From NCBI GenBank assembly GCA_034521835.1, contig JAXHMA010000010.1:194301-258300 (forward strand): a DNA stretch of 64,000 bases, in the 5' to 3' direction. Shown here piece by piece: positions 30,457 to 42,313 of the stretch. The stretch's first letter is position 1; each line of letters starts with the position of its first letter. Below the pieces are notes generated by a model. That model was given only the letters and a program-made list of their open reading frames with translations, did not search any database and was not told where the DNA came from. This DNA comes from Balneolaceae bacterium (GTDB taxonomy: Bacteria > Bacteroidota > Rhodothermia > Balneolales > Balneolaceae). The position numbers and the translations under genes were made by a program.

Positions 30457-33400
30457 ATGGCTAAACAGTTTGAAGAAGTAAAACAGCTTAATTTTTCTAA
30501 ACTTGAGGTAGAAACGCTCAAGTGGTGGAAGGATAACGACATCTTTAAAAAGAGTCTAACAACTCGGGAAGAGGGTATTCCCTTTACCTTTTATGAGGGA
30601 CCTCCCACTGCCAACGGCAAGCCGGGAATCCACCACGTGATGTCCAGAACGGTGAAAGACTTGTTCTGCCGGTACAAAACTCTAAAAGGGTACAAAGTAG
30701 AACGCAAAGCAGGATGGGATACACACGGTCTGCCGGTTGAGATTGAAGTGGAAAAGGAACTCGATCTTGAGGGTCGCGCGCAAGTAGAAGAATATGGCAT
30801 TTCAAAATACAACGATCACTGCCGCAAGAGCGTGCTCAAATACAAGGATCTGTGGGACCGCCTGACCAACCGCATGGCTTACTGGGTTGACTTGGATGAT
30901 CCCTACGTCACTTTTGAAAACGACTACATCGAATCGATCTGGTGGGCCTTTAAAACGCTGTACGACAAGGGACTTGTCTACCAAGGATATAAAATCCAGT
31001 GGTATTCTCCGGGCAGCGGAACCGTGCTTTCCTCTCACGAGGTGAGTCTGGGTTATGAGGAAGTGCAAGACCCCTCCATTTTTGTAAAATTTCAACTTCG
31101 GATGTCAGAAGACACCTATTTTCTGGCCTGGACCACCACACCGTGGACCATCGTCTCCAACATGGCGCTGGCGGTTAATCCTAAACTGACCTACGCCAAG
31201 ATCAAGCTTTCAGAGGGGGACCGTACTGAATATTACATCTTGGCCAAAGATTGCATCGAAGAGAATATCGATCACGAGTATGAGATCGTCGAAGAATATA
31301 AAGGCAAAGAGATTATCGGCTGGACCTATGATCCGGTTTTTGATTTCGCGCTTGAGGAGTACGACAGAGATGATGCCTGGAGAGTTATTTCCGCAGATTA
31401 TGTAACCACCGATGAGGGAACCGGCGTTGTTCATATCGCTCCTGCTTTCGGTGCCGACGACTTTGATTCCTGCCAAGAAGCCGGCATCCCGATGTTCAAT
31501 CCGATCGACGAGGATGGCAAATTCACGGAAAAAGCACCCGATTTTGAAGGACAGTGGTTCAAGGATGCCGACAAAGAAATTGCACGCGCCATCAAGGATA
31601 AATATCTGATGTACAAGCACGAAACCTACGTGCACAACTACCCGTTCGATTGGCGCAAGGGTACTCCCCTGATGTCTTACCCGGTGGAATCATGGTTTAT
31701 CGAGACCACCAAAGTTAAGGACAAGATGGTGGAGTATAACGCGGAAGAGATCAACTGGAAGCCGCCCAGCACCGGAAGCGGCCGGTTCGGCACCTGGCTC
31801 GAAAATAACGTAGACTGGGCCATCTCCCGTCAGCGCTACTGGGGCACCCCCATTCCGCTGTGGATCAGCGATAAAGATCCGGAGTACGTGGAGTGCATCG
31901 GCAGCGTTGAAGAGCTTAAGAAAAAAGCGGGGCTTTCCGATGATGAAGAGATCGACCTGCACCGCCCCCACATTGATGACCTAACGTGGGAAGGACCGAA
32001 TGGAGGTACCATGCGCCGTGTACCCGACCTACTGGACGTCTGGTTCGATTCCGGCGCCATGCCGTTCGCCCAGTGGCATTACCCATTTGAGAATAAAGAG
32101 AAATTCAAGAACGAATTTTCCCGCTGATTTTATCGCTGAGGGCGTCGACCAAACCCGCGGATGGTTTTATACCCTGCACGCACTCGGCACTATGCTGTTT
32201 GATGAGCCGGCCTATAAGAACGTGGTTTCCAACGGCCTGGTGCTGGATGAAGACGGCAACAAGATGAGTAAATCGAAAGGCAACACTGTAGAGCCGTTTG
32301 AAGTGATCCAGAAATACGGAGCTGACACGGTTCGCTGGTACATGATGAGCAACTCGTCACCGTGGGAAAATCTAAAATTCAGCGAAGATGGGCTGCAGGA
32401 AACACAGCGCAAGTTTTTCAATACGCTGGTCAACACCTACTCCTTTTTTGCCATGTACGCCAATATCGACGGGTTCACCTACTCCGGTTCTCCCCTACCG
32501 GTGGCCGATCGTGTTGAGATGGACCGCTGGGTGGTATCGCGGCTGAACTCAGTACGTTAAAAATGGTGGATGAATTTTTGGATGATTACGAGCCCACCAA
32601 GGCTGCACGCGAAATTGAGGAATTTGTTGAAGAGCTCAGCAACTGGTATGTACGTCGCAATCGGCGCCGATTCTGGAAAGAGGGCAAAAGCATTGACAAG
32701 ACCGCGGCCTATCAAACGCTGTTTGAGTGCCTGATGGATGTAGCCAAGCTGATCAGCCCGACGGCTCCTTTTCTTGGTGAATGGCTGTTCCAACGGCTCA
32801 ATGAAGTGGGCGGAGAGGATGAAGAGTCGCGTTCATATCTCCTTCTATCCCACAGTGGAAGAAACCGCCATTGACAAACAGCTTGAATACCGTATGACCC
32901 TGGCGCGACAAATATCGTCCATGGTGCTGAGTCTGCGAAACAAAATTGAGATCAATGTACGCCAGCCGCTGCAGCGCATCATCCTGCCGATCGATGACGA
33001 GGAGGAGCGGCAGACGGTAGAAGCGGTTAAAGATATTATTCTGGATGAAGTAAACGTTAAAGAAGATTCAATTTGTGGATGATGATTCTGGAATCGTCCG
33101 CAAATCGGCCAAACCGAACTTCCCGGTACTGGGCAAGAAAATGGGTAGCAAGATGAAATCGATCACCCCGAAAGTCCAGCAACTGAATACCGAACAGATC
33201 ACCAAGTTTGAAGAGACCGGCTCCATTGAGCTCGATCTGGGAGACGATGGTATCGTCACGGTTGGGAAGCGAGGATCTGGAAATCAGCCGTACCGGTATT
33301 GAAGGCTGGGAGGTGGAAACCGAAAATGGCCTCAGTGTTGCCCTGGATACTGAAATTTCAACCGAACTGGAGCAGGAAGGACTGGCACGTGAGTTTGTCA

Positions 33401-33636
33401 ACCGCATCCAAAACATGCGTAAAGAAGCCGATTTCGAGGTTGTGGATCGTATTGTAATCGGATTTGAAGGCGCGGGCAACCTGGAAGAAGCGGTAGTTTC
33501 CATGGATGAGTATATTAAACGTGAAACCCTTGCTGAAAAAATTGAAACTGAAAAATTAGAAGTTTTTGACTTCGTAAAAAGCTGGGAGATTGGCGGCGAT
33601 GATTGCACGATCTCCATACGACGAAACCCTAACTAA
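30457..33636 (+). CDS. ileS: Isoleucine--tRNA ligase, type 2, split by indels
   Basis: EGPPTANGKPGIHH, GWDTHGLPVE, AWTTTPWT, GTGVVHIAP, DWAISRQRYWG, KMSKS, EGLAREFVNRIQ. Confidence 0.95.
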
Positions 33637-33642
33637 GATAGA

Positions 33643-34062
33643 GTGGCTATTATGGCATCTGCAAAGAAAAATGACAGCGGCGAGCAGGAACGTATCTCTC
33701 CCTATTCGGATGAGGAACTGGAGTATTTCCGTGAAATCATCATCAAAAAGAGAGATGAAGCTGAACAGGAACTGGAATCGCTGCAAAACTCCCTGCGTGA
33801 AAGCATGGAAAACGCCTCCGATGAGTCGGCCTATTCTTTCCACATGGCCGATGCCGGCACGGACGCCCAGGAACGCGAAAAGACATACATGCTCTACAAC
33901 CGCACCCGCAAGTTTATCCGCTACCTGGATGATGCCCTTAAGCGAATCGACAACAAAACATATGGTGTATGTAAGGTTACCGGCAAAAAGATCTCCAAAG
34001 GTCGCCTGGAGGCGGTACCCCATACCCAGCTTAGTATTGAAGCCAAGCTAAAGCGACGATAA
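33643..34062 (+). CDS. dksA: DksA/TraR family RNA polymerase-binding regulator
   Basis: Coiled coil with HMADAGTD tip; ALKRI...YGVCKVTG..I..GRLEAVP. Confidence 0.8.
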   Translation: MAIMASAKKNDSGEQERISPYSDEELEYFREIIIKKRDEAEQELESLQNSLRESMENASDESAYSFHMADAGTDAQEREKTYMLYNRTRKFIRYLDDALKRIDNKTYGVCKVTGKKISKGRLEAVPHTQLSIEAKLKRR

Positions 34063-34088
34063 TAACCTTAAGCACTACTGCGGTTCTT

Positions 34089-35081
34089 TTGAAGAAAAAG
34101 AAACTCATTGCGCTAATAGTACCCGCACTGGTCATTGTTATAATCGACCAGGTTACCAAGCACGTGGTACGTATCACACCATCCCTTCACAACTGGGATA
34201 TCATTCCCGGATGGCTCTCCTTCCACTATACGCAGAATCCGGGTATGGCACTGGGTATGGACTGGGCCAGTACGCCGGTAATAAGCGCAATAGCCATAAC
34301 TGCCACTGTAGGAATCGTTATTTATATTGTCCGCTCGCTGGATAATGCCAATATCGGATATCTTTTGTGTATGGGATTGGTGCTCGGCGGGGCTTTTGGC
34401 AACATTATCGATCGCCTTATCATGGGCTATATCGGCTCCTACGGCGGGGTGCTTGAGGGACATGTAATTGACTTCATCCATTTCACGCTCCGCATTGATG
34501 GGTACCCTGTATTCCCATACATCTTTAACGTAGCCGATATTTCGATCAGCGTTTCTATTATCGCGCTTCTGCTGTTTCACCAGCGTATTTTACCGTACGA
34601 TGAAAATGAGGAACAAGATGAAGCTGAAAAGCAGACCTTTGATGATCAAAAATTTGACTCTCCTTACCTGACCCATGGTGTTTCGGGTAAAACCGGCAAA
34701 AGCAAGATTGACGCTGTCACCAGAGAGGATAACACTTCACTCGATGACCCCGTGTCCTCAGACGAAGATGCCCGGAATACCGAGCCTTTTGATTTTGAGG
34801 GACCATCTGATTCAAAATCGGAGGAAGAAAATGAGCAATCAATTAAGTTTCCCAAAGTAAATACAGAGCTTAACAAGAAGAAGGATCAAGATGAGCTCTC
34901 ATCATCACCCACTCCATCTCCATCCCCGGAAGATACGGACGGTGAAAAAGACCAGGGAGAAGGAGAAGCAAATAAGAATCAGGGGAAAAGACAACTAATT
35001 ACTTTCTCCCTTCTTTATCTTTCGCTGCCTATAGAAAACAGGCAGATATCTAGTGCTCTCCTGAAAATTAATCGTCAGTGA
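34089..35081 (+). CDS. lspA: Lipoprotein signal peptidase II with long acidic tail; true stop may be ~34999
   Basis: DQVTK, NPGMA, GAFGNIIDR, VIDF, FNVAD; follows ileS-dksA. Confidence 0.88.
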   Translation: MKKKKLIALIVPALVIVIIDQVTKHVVRITPSLHNWDIIPGWLSFHYTQNPGMALGMDWASTPVISAIAITATVGIVIYIVRSLDNANIGYLLCMGLVLGGAFGNIIDRLIMGYIGSYGGVLEGHVIDFIHFTLRIDGYPVFPYIFNVADISISVSIIALLLFHQRILPYDENEEQDEAEKQTFDDQKFDSPYLTHGVSGKTGKSKIDAVTREDNTSLDDPVSSDEDARNTEPFDFEGPSDSKSEEENEQSIKFPKVNTELNKKKDQDELSSSPTPSPSPEDTDGEKDQGEGEANKNQGKRQLITFSLLYLSLPIENRQISSALLKINRQ

Positions 35082-36336
35082 CTATGCTCTTGATAAACTC
35101 CGGGCTGTGCGGATCTACATTATCCAGCTTAAGTTCATGCCCCATCTTATCACGTTTTGTTTTGAGGTATCGGGCATTCTCGGGATAGGCCCCTACTTCA
35201 ATCGGCACGCGTTCTACCATCTCCAGGCCGAAACTTTTTAAGCCCCACTCTTTTTACCGGGTTGTTAGTCATCAGGCGTAATTTAATTACATTGAGTGAG
35301 TGCAGAATTTGGGCGCCTACGCCGTAGTCGCGATGATCAGGTTTAAAGCCGAGGGCTTCATTGGCTTCCACCGTATCCATGCCCTGTTCCTGCAGTTTGT
35401 ACGCCTTAAGTTTGTTAACCAGCCCTATTCCACGACCTTCCTGGTTCATGTACAAGACTACGCCCTTGCCCTCTTTCTCAACTTTAAGCAGGGCTTGATG
35501 GAGCTGCTCTCCGCAGTCGCAGCGCTTGGAGCCAAAAATATCGCCTGTCATGCAGGAGGAATGCACACGCACGAGCACCGGGTCGCCCTCTTCCCATTAC
35601 CCTTTTACCAGCGCTAGGTGATGGTCGCCGGTTAGCCGCTCCTGGAAGGCATGAAGGGTAAAATCCCCATAAATAGTCGGCAGATTGACCTGCACCACTT
35701 TCCGGACAAGCGACTCGTTCTGCATGCGGTAGGCGATCAAATCTTTGATGGAGATCAGCTTCATGTCAAACTCTTCGGCAATTTCAAAAAGATCCGGAAG
35801 GCGGGCCATTTCGCCGTTGTCCTTCATGATCTCACAGATGATACCGGCCGGTTTTAATCCCGCCAAACGTGCCAAGTCGATCGATGCCTCAGTGTGGCCA
35901 GCGCGTCGAAGCACGCCACCTTCGGTGCTAATGAGCGGAAAAATGTGCCCCGGTCGACGAAATTCATTGGGATCCGCATTATCCTTGATAAGCTCGCGGA
36001 TGGTACTGGCACGATCCGAGGCAGAGATGCCGGTACTGGTCGTCTCCTTGTGGTCTATAGAAACCGTAAAAGCGGCCTCGTCAGGGTCGGCACCTTCCGT
36101 AACCATGTAGTCAAGATCCATGTCGTACGCCTTCTGGCGCGTAATAGGAACACAGATCAGCCCGCGCCATGTTTAGCCATAAGGTTGACGGCTTCTGGGG
36201 TAACTTTTTCTGCCGCCATGATAAAGTCGCCTTCATTTTCGCGATCTTCATCATCGGCAACAATGACCATGCGCCCCTGCTTTATGTCCTCGATAGCGTC
36301 TTCAATACTATCGAACGAGACGTTTTCTGCCTCCAT
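35068..36336 (-). CDS. ribBA: Bifunctional DHBP synthase/GTP cyclohydrolase II, frameshifted
   Basis: [64 protein letters not shown]. Confidence 0.92.
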
Positions 36337-36342
36337 AACGGT

Positions 36343-36654
36343 TTAATCGTTCTTATTGGGATTGACGTCTGTAATTGATCCTTTGGTGAATCGAACTTTA
36401 ACATCGGTATCAACCTCAGCCAGAACTGAATCATCTTCAACACTAGTTACTTTGGCTATAATTCCACCTGAGGTCACAATTTTGTCCCCTTTCACGAGGT
36501 TTGACACCTTTTCTTCGATCTCTTTCTGTTTCTTTTGCTGCGGTCGAATAATAAAAAAGTAGAAAACGCCAAAAATGAGACCAATGAAAACCAAGTTCAT
36601 CCAACCGGCATCTTCAGGTGAACCGGTCAGTAGCAGAAATAATAATGACAGCAT
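36343..36654 (-). CDS. yajC: Preprotein translocase subunit YajC
   Basis: FYFFIIRPQQKKQK, L.KGDKIVTSGGI. Confidence 0.93.
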   Translation of the reverse strand: MLSLLFLLLTGSPEDAGWMNLVFIGLIFGVFYFFIIRPQQKKQKEIEEKVSNLVKGDKIVTSGGIIAKVTSVEDDSVLAEVDTDVKVRFTKGSITDVNPNKND

Positions 36655-37081
36655 ATACTAGTAGTTATATTTGAACTTCCTGTTATAGTGTAAAGCCTTT
36701 AAGATACCATTTTTGTTACGACGGGACAATTTTCGCAGTATGACTTTTGTACTAAAATGCCGGCACTTCTTGAGGTATAAAATTAGGCTGAATGAATCAT
36801 GAATAAGGATTTGACACCAGACAGCTCAACTAAGCTATTTTGGCTCAAGGGTGTATTCATTCTTTGAAAAAACCCAGAAATCGGAAATAAATCCAAGAAG
36901 TTGGGGTACTGTTTGTCACCAATTTATTGCTCAGGAGCATTCAGTGGTTTATAAAACTGGTTGCAGAACTTTTCTGGGCCCAGGTAATCCAACCCTTCGA
37001 TTTTAGGTTCCATCATAGTCATTAAAAGCTCTGAAATAATAACTATGCTACCCTTACCTAACCTTGATTCAGCCCACAAGG

Positions 37082-39204
37082 CTAATAGAATTTTTTATCC
37101 TTTGAGGCATGCTCTTTCAAAATCTCTGCTGGCGTAAATCGTGGCCCGAGCTCTTTCCTATATCCTTCCATTTGAGCCACAATTTTTCCTATGCCCTGCT
37201 GGTCTAAATATCGAAACGGACCTCCGAGGAACGGCGGGAAACCAAGCCCGAGAATCGCACCGAGGTCGCCATCCTCCGGTTTTTCCAAGATCTCATCCTG
37301 CAGGCACCGAGCAGCCTCGTTGATCATCGCTAACACCATGCGCTGCTGGACGGTCACGCCGGTCAATCTTTTTACGGGAGGTTCCGCCAAAGAAAGAGTA
37401 AATCGATTCATTGGGATTTTTTTTCTTTTTTTCACCGTTTGTTTCTTCATACTTATAAAACCCCTTCTTGTTTTTCCGCCCCTTATAACCTGCCTCAAGC
37501 AGTTCTTTAGGCTTGTTACTCGGCTCCACCCCGCGATCGGAAAACATCTTGTTGAGTACGTCCGTAATATGTGCCGCCACATCGATGCCCACCTCATCAA
37601 ACAGGGCAGCCGGGCCCACCGGAAATCCGAACTGCTTCATAGATGAATCCAGGTCTTCAATCGCCGCGCCCTCTTCAAGCAGTGAAAGTGCCTCGTTCAT
37701 ATACGGCGCCAAGATGCGGGTCGTATAAAATCCGGGACCGTCGTTGACCACAATCACATGCTTACCTTGGGTGATTCCCGCCTGGCGGGCCGTAGCAGTG
37801 ACCCACTCCGCAGTTTGATCAGTTTTAACAATTTCAATCAGCGGCATTTGCGGCACCGGCGAAAAGTAGTGCATACCTACCACCTGCTCCGGATGAGATG
37901 AAGCCTCCGCTATTTTGCTGATCGGCAGGGAGGAAGTGTTTGAGGCAAAAATACAGTGTTCAGGGGCAATCTCTTCAACTTGTTTTACCATTTTTTGTTT
38001 AAGATCAAGGTCTTCAAAAACCGCCTCAATCACTAAGTCCATATTCTCAAAGCCGCTGTAGTTTCCCGTGGGGGTCACCCGGCTGGCGATGCGATCTCGT
38101 TCAAATTCCGAAATAATATGCTTGTCCACTTTTTCCTGCAGATTCTTCCAGATCGCCTTTTTGCCTTTCGCAGCCTGTTCCACATCCTGATCCTTCAGTA
38201 AAACTCTCATCCCATTATTCACGCTAACGTCAGCGATGCCGGATCCCATTAAACCTGCTCCCAGCACGCCTATTTTGGAGAGCTCCCTCGCCCTTTTTTT
38301 CTGCGGATTTTTTTTGGCTTGCTGCATCCCAAAAAACAAGTTCACCAGGTTCTTCGACTCCTGGGTGGCGGCCAGTTCCCCAAACACTTTCGATTCCTTT
38401 TCAAGGCCCGCTTTAAGACCGTTGTCATACCCTTCTTTGACGCATTCAAGAATCTTGGGTGGAGCGGGATAGTTCCCTTTTGTCTTGGATTGCGTTCGCT
38501 TGCTGGCCTGTGAAAAAATAATCTTGCGACCCAAGGAATTTCCTTCCAACAGCTTTTCGAGCAGGCTGCGCTTATCCTTTCGTGTGAAGCTCCCTTTGCT
38601 AATTTTTGAAACGGCCTTTTTGGCGGCGGTGAGAATCGCATCTTTATGGGTCAACTCATCCACCAATCCCATTTTATAGGCTTGGCGTGGATAGATGTTC
38701 TTTCCTGTCAACAGATAGGTAAGCGACTTTTGCAGGCCGATGAGCCGCGGCAACCGCTGGGTTCCGCCCGCCCCGGGGTTCAGGCCTAGGTTGACCTCCG
38801 GTTGCCCCATCTTAGTATCTGAATGATCGGAGGCCACGCGGTAATGACACGCCATCGCCAGTTCAAGTCCGCCGCCCATACATGAGCCGTGTATCGCTGC
38901 AACTATTGGCTTGCTAAAATTCTCGACCCTCAACAGCAGCTCATTGCCCGTTCGACTCAACTCCTCGATTTCATCCGGGGCCTGCTTACTTTTTTAGCAT
39001 CTCTACATCAGCACCGGCGATGAAATTGTCCTCTTTACCACTGATCAGCACCATGCCTTCAATATTTTCATCTTCCTCAAACCGGTCCAGTAGTTCATCG
39101 AACTCCTCAATCAGGGTTTCATTAAGCTTATTTACCTTTTCACCTTCCTGGTTGAGTGTAATGACCGTAATGCTTTCTTGCTCTTCAATTGACAGATAAT
39201 CCAT
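37082..39204 (-). CDS. fadJ: Fatty acid oxidation complex alpha subunit (enoyl-CoA hydratase/3-hydroxyacyl-CoA dehydrogenase), frameshifted
   Basis: [71 protein letters not shown]. Confidence 0.88.
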
Positions 39205-39272
39205 AGAATAATATTTCCGTTTTCAATGGTTGATTACCAAATTGAGCTGCTTTGGTTTTTAATGTAAATGAT

Positions 39273-40577
39273 TTAAGCCGAATACCGCTCCAGGATGATA
39301 GCGTGCCCCTGCCCTCCTGCAGCGCAGGCAGCGACAAGTGCCAGGTTACCATCCTCTTTTATCAGCCTGTTACTGGCCGTAGTGATAAGCCGTGCACCAG
39401 TCGCTCCAAATGGATGCCCCAGCGAAAGTGAACCGCCCCACGTATTAAATTTCTCCATGGGAATTTCACCCACTTTCTTATCGCGATTCAGTTTTTCTTT
39501 AGCAAACTTCTCCGAATCCAACGCCTTCAACACCGTGAGTATCTGTCCCGCAAATGCCTCATGAAATTCAAAAACATCAATATCACTCAGCGAAACTCCT
39601 TTTTCATCCAACACCTGGGGCACCGCGTAGGCTGGGCCCAGCAGGAGCTCGTCTTCAGGATCTTGTGCCACAAAGGTATAATCCAGCAAACACGCTTTCG
39701 GCTGCACTCCCAGACTCCGTGCTTTTTCATCGCTCATAATAAGCGTGGCTGAAGCACCGTCTGTTAAAAACGATGAGTTCCCGGCGGTAATGGTCCCGTG
39801 TGGTTTAATGAAGGCGGGGCTCAACTTTTCCAGTTTCTCCATGGAGGTATCTTCTCGAAAGCCATTGTCTTGGGTCACCGTATCAAAATTGGGTGGGACC
39901 GCTGCTGGCAACAGCTCATCATTCAATAAACCTTTATTTGTTGCCTTTGCCGCCAGCCGATGCGATCGCAGGGCGTACTTATCCTGCTCCTGGCGACTTA
40001 TATTAAAATGGGCCGCCATCCGATCGCAGCTTTCCCCCATTGTTTCGCCGGTAGAAAATTCAGAAATGGAGGGGATTTCCGGTAGCAGATCAGATGGGTG
40101 CAGACCTTTAAAAAACTTCAAATAATCGCCCATCGACTTGTATTTACGGGCATCCAGCAGCTTTTGACGGAACTTCTTGCGGAAACGGATCGGGATGTCG
40201 GACATCGTTTCGGTTCCGCCAGCAAGTATTATATCCGCCTGGCCTGAGCGGATCATTTCAACAGCACTGGTGATAGCCTGGTTTGAAGAAATACACGCCA
40301 TCGTCACCGTATGAGCCGGAATGCTTTTGGGAAGTCCCGCACCTAGAGCCGACTCCCGGGCTACGTTGCTCGTGTTCACATCCTGGATAACACAGCCCAT
40401 AATGATCCGGTCAAGCTGCTCAGGTGCTATCGACACCCGTGCCATCAGTCCTTCAATGGCCATCCGACCCATGTCATAGGCCATCAACTTTTTGTACGCA
40501 GTTCCAGATTTTTGGAATGGGATGCGGCCTCCATCCACAATTACTGCTCGTCGCCCTTCACTTGGTTCTTCTGCCAT
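39273..40577 (-). CDS. fadI: Acetyl-CoA C-acyltransferase (thiolase I, FadI-like)
   Basis: [36 protein letters not shown]. Confidence 0.9.
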   Translation of the reverse strand: MAEEPSEGRRAVIVDGGRIPFQKSGTAYKKLMAYDMGRMAIEGLMARVSIAPEQLDRIIMGCVIQDVNTSNVARESALGAGLPKSIPAHTVTMACISSNQAITSAVEMIRSGQADIILAGGTETMSDIPIRFRKKFRQKLLDARKYKSMGDYLKFFKGLHPSDLLPEIPSISEFSTGETMGESCDRMAAHFNISRQEQDKYALRSHRLAAKATNKGLLNDELLPAAVPPNFDTVTQDNGFREDTSMEKLEKLSPAFIKPHGTITAGNSSFLTDGASATLIMSDEKARSLGVQPKACLLDYTFVAQDPEDELLLGPAYAVPQVLDEKGVSLSDIDVFEFHEAFAGQILTVLKALDSEKFAKEKLNRDKKVGEIPMEKFNTWGGSLSLGHPFGATGARLITTASNRLIKEDGNLALVAACAAGGQGHAIILERYSA

Positions 40578-40838
40578 CTACTTTCCCGTTTTTTATATGA
40601 TTTGCGAGCCTATTTAACGCAATGTTGCTTATTTCAGCATGGAAGTCAATAGTTACTTAACACCGTTAACCAAACAGGCATTCAGGCTAACAACTGTTGC
40701 AAAAATCATTTTCAAGTGGAGCCCCGGGTGACCAATAAAAAACCGGGAGAGTTTTTACAGCTCCATAAATAGCTTCTAGATGTATCCAGATCCGGGCTTT
40801 TATCATCTCAATCCTCTCTACTAATGTTAATAAAATGT

Positions 40839-40869
40839 TTTGCCTGCGAAGCAATAGTTCTTATATTTG
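40839..40869 (+). promoter_or_regulatory. Bacteroidota-type -33/-7 promoter candidate for the tRNA
   Basis: TTTG (40839-42), 19-nt spacer, TATATTTG (40862-69) matching TAnnTTTG. Confidence 0.45.
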
Positions 40870-40920
40870 TGCACTTAAAAATGAGACGGTGTCCATTTTG
40901 AAAATCTGAAGTTCGTTAAT

Positions 40921-40995
40921 GGGTGGTTAGCTCAGCTGGTTCAGAGCACCTGCCTTACAAGCAGGGGGTCACTGGTTCGAATCCAGTACCACCCA
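40921..40995 (+). tRNA. tRNA-Val(TAC)
   Basis: Acceptor GGGTGGT/ACCACCC, D arm GCTC..GAGC, anticodon stem CCTGC-CTTACAA-GCAGG, GGTTCGAATCC; CCA not encoded. Confidence 0.97.
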
Positions 40996-41043
40996 CACAA
41001 TTATAAGTCGTTGGCCCGGAAAGGGTTGGCGGCTTTTTTATTT
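40951..41043 (+). repeat. att core (3' part of tRNA + terminator), tRNA-proximal copy
   Basis: tgccttacaagc...ggcttttttattt, duplicated at 47914. Confidence 0.93.
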
Positions 41044-41080
41044 GGATAAATCCTCTCCCTTTTAAGCCTATTTTTATTTC

Positions 41081-41101
41081 TGGTATCAGAATGGTATCAG
41101 A
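41081..41101 (+). repeat. Tandem TGGTATCAGA x2, arm-type integrase site candidate
   Basis: TGGTATCAGA-A-TGGTATCAGA; same pair at 47765-47785. Confidence 0.7.
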
Positions 41102-41156
41102 AAATGAACCGCAACCCCTATTAATTAACCCTTCAAATAGGTGGGATTTTGTGCGT

Positions 41157-41558
41157 TTATTCATCTACCGGCTTTGCTCGTGCTGCCAGAAAATCGGCAA
41201 CATCTTCATCCGTCTTTTCCTTATCCAGGTATTCATAAACCAGATCGGCTAGTTCCGTTTCGTAAAACTCCTGGATCTCATAACCATTCAGATACAAGAA
41301 TGTAATAGCCGCATGGGTTGCCGTTCGCTTGTTACCGTCCAGAAAGGGGTGTGCTCTCACAATGGCCGTTAGGTAAGCAGCTGCCATTGCAAACAGGTCT
41401 GGATACAGGTATTCGCCACCAAATGTTTGTTGGGGTTGCTGTACGGCACTTTCCAGCTTGTCTTTAGAAAGGATTTCCGGCGTACCGCCTTTTTCTTTGA
41501 TCTGTACTTCGTGAAGGTCTAAAACCTCTGATAGAGAAAGGAATCGCGGGTCTTCCAT
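41157..41558 (-). CDS. Doc-type Fic-domain toxin
   Basis: LESAVQQP, MAAAY, HPFLDGNKRTA, FLYLNG. Confidence 0.9.
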   Translation of the reverse strand: MEDPRFLSLSEVLDLHEVQIKEKGGTPEILSKDKLESAVQQPQQTFGGEYLYPDLFAMAAAYLTAIVRAHPFLDGNKRTATHAAITFLYLNGYEIQEFYETELADLVYEYLDKEKTDEDVADFLAARAKPVDE

Positions 41559-41566
41559 TCTGGCTA

Positions 41567-41719
41567 TTATTTAGCCAGCTTTTCAAAAGATTTATCGTGT
41601 TTCCGAAACGTTATTTCGGCCGCCTCTTTGAAGGATTTCTTGGACAGGCGTGGCTTTGCCTTTTTTCGATCTACTCCAACATCCTTAGCGGAGGTGGTAT
41701 GTTTTTTCTTTTTAGGCAT
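41567..41719 (-). CDS. Small putative antitoxin of Doc (50 aa, absent from the ORF track)
   Basis: MPKKKKH...FKEAAEITFRKHDKSFEKLAK*, stop 8 nt before the doc start. Confidence 0.65.
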   Translation of the reverse strand: MPKKKKHTTSAKDVGVDRKKAKPRLSKKSFKEAAEITFRKHDKSFEKLAK

Positions 41720-41792
41720 ATTACGTGTTCTTTAGAACTCACTAGGTATTATAGATAATTAACGAGAGTAAGTAAAATTTGTTTCCGCGGGG

Positions 41793-42188
41793 TCAATTCA
41801 TGACTAGGAGGATAATGCCCACCGGAATAACAAAGGTTAAAAAATATCTACCTGCATTAAAGTCGGGAGATCCAATTACCTTTGTCGTTTTTTTTCCAGG
41901 CCTAACTTTTACTGTAAAAGTAGTATCAAGTGTATTTGAATAACCTCGGCTTCCTACAATAGTGATGTTATGTTCTCCCAATGGGACGTTATTAAAAATA
42001 ATCTCAGATGTTCGCTCACCCTCCATCACAAGCTTTTCGGAAATAGTGATTGTGGCCGATAAAGGTCTAGATAATTTTATTTCTACCGTACCCGTGTTAG
42101 TATTTGGTTCGGAGTCTAATGTCTTTTCATAAGGCTTAGAACATCCCAGTAAGAAATACAAAACTAAAATAACTAACCACCAACGCAT
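41793..42188 (-). CDS. Lipoprotein with PEGA-like beta domain and C-terminal TM (cargo)
   Basis: Lipobox LLGC; NVPLGEHNITIVGSRGY; hydrophobic C-terminus. Confidence 0.6.
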   Translation of the reverse strand: MRWWLVILVLYFLLGCSKPYEKTLDSEPNTNTGTVEIKLSRPLSATITISEKLVMEGERTSEIIFNNVPLGEHNITIVGSRGYSNTLDTTFTVKVRPGKKTTKVIGSPDFNAGRYFLTFVIPVGIILLVMN

Positions 42189-42313
42189 AAAAACTCCTGA
42201 TTTAAATCCTGATTACTTGAGTAATTTGGTTTAAATAGCCAGAAAAGATAAGAGAGGCAAGGGGTACTGCTCAATCGGGCCGGGCTTCGAAGATCTTCGT
42301 TTCATTGACATAG

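Noticed and set aside
30457-33636. ileS and other core genes as true pseudogenes or programmed frameshifts
   Set aside because: Essential genes with intact motifs and scattered single-base indels; sequencing error is far more parsimonious
36660-37080. Small ORF or ncRNA between yajC and fadJ
   Set aside because: Only a short minus-strand frame (MTMMEPKIEG...) with no motif and no convincing structure
40955-41164. 69-aa ORF ending VGGTGFEPVTPCL
   Set aside because: Antisense translation of tRNA-Val and its terminator
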